Below, piece by piece: positions 62,772 through 64,000 of a stretch of 64,000 bases of DNA (its first letter is position 1; every line of letters begins with the position of its first letter). The DNA comes from Octopus bimaculoides (Eukaryota): NCBI RefSeq assembly GCF_001194135.2, contig NC_068985.1, forward strand, positions 106,130,859-106,194,858. Reading direction: 5' to 3'. The position numbers and the translations under genes were made by a program. The notes under the pieces are model-generated. The model saw nothing but the letters and a program-made list of their open reading frames with translations. It did not search any database and was not told where the DNA came from.

Positions 62772-63675
62772 AATCAACAGATGTCATATTCTCAATGAAC
62801 AGATGTCATATTCTCAATGAACAGATGTCTTAACATCAGAATGCTACTGATATAACATTATTTACAAACACTGTCATGCCACCAACAGATGTAACACACT
62901 TAAAGATGTCATAATCACAAATATTAAATATTTTAATATTATTGCTAGATGTCCTAACCACTATCATCACCAACATTATCATCATCATTGTTTTAATGTC
63001 TACTTTCCTATGCTTGTATGAGTCAGACAGAATTCGTTGAGGCAGATTTTCTCCAGATGGATACCCTTCCTATGGCTAATCCATGTATATTTCCAACTAA
63101 GGTAGTATTTTCCTGTGGCCTGGCATGTTTTCAAGGAAGACTGGAAACAAACAACAACACTGGCATGATGGTGGTGCTTGTTTACAAATACTGTCCAATG
63201 TGAAGACAAGGAGAGGCAAACACACACACACACACACACACATGATAACATAAAGACTAACAATGACATCAATAACATACCAACTTTACCTCTACCATAA
63301 CATAATCAACCCTAAAAGCAATAATACCAATTCTACCACCAACACCACCACCACCACCACCGCCACCACCGCCGACACTAGATTTACAAGGTCTGGCTAG
63401 TGAAACAATAGTCTGGAGAAATTAATTACAATAGCCATCTTAGGTGGTGGTAGTGGTGATTGAAGAAGTAGTACCTATCATTGTGGAGCTTTGCTAGAAC
63501 AGTTTGACAGCCTGGATGATGACAACAACAGACACTGCCCCCCCCCCCACCACTACCAGCAACAACAACTATAGTTACTGCTATAACATCAGCAACTTCT
63601 TAAAAGGTAAATAATAGCTTTCATATGTTTTGCTTTATAGCTAACATACATGCACACACTTAAACACATGCTCAA

Positions 63676-63706
<31 letters not shown>

Positions 63707-63852
63707 CACAGAGCAAGATATATGGATACATGAATACATTTTTGCAAATATATGCACATATACACATAACTAGATGTAGCAGCTACACATACTTGCACAT
63801 ATAGCCAAACACACATACACACACACACACACACACACTATACATATATATA

Positions 63853-63901
<49 letters not shown>

Positions 63902-64000
63902 TCTTTTTTTTTCCTGGGGGAAGGCCAGTTTATGGGGTTACCCTGGGTTTCCCATCCATAAAGGGTTTAACTTTATGGTGTTAAAAGAATACACACACAC

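Overview
Eukaryotic, AT-rich, microsatellite-dense scaffold with 8 N-gaps. The repeat families (tRNA-derived SINEs, RTE LINEs with (GAT)n tails) look like an Octopus genome; this is inference. Two intron-rich genes converge tail to tail. On the + strand is an LRP12/LRP10/LRP3-family receptor: 8 coding exons, 4786-30927, reading CUB - 5x LDLa - TM - PPxY tail. Its first (signal peptide) exon was not found in the window. On the - strand is anoctamin-10 (ANO10/TMEM16K): 10 confident exons, 62039-36083, plus two candidate terminal exons; its 5' exons were not found in the window. All exon phases chain correctly. The introns hold RTE, RTE-X, CR1-like, R4/Dong, HERO-like and Penelope retroelements, mariner/Tc1, Chapaev3-like, hAT and piggyBac-type DNA elements, and SINEs. 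Most notable observations: (1) a hammerhead-ribozyme core in non-circularly permuted (pseudoknotted) strand order in the 3' UTR of a HERO-like LINE; (2) a Penelope pLTR minimal hammerhead with a non-canonical core; (3) a C4HC3 PHD finger inserted inside an RTE reverse transcriptase ORF; (4) apparent absence of the second CUB domain in the LRP12 homologue; (5) back-to-back poly(A) hexamers between the two genes; (6) a fold-back mariner; (7) a 257-bp near-perfect palindrome that may be an assembly artefact. All family assignments come from motif recognition, not from database searches.
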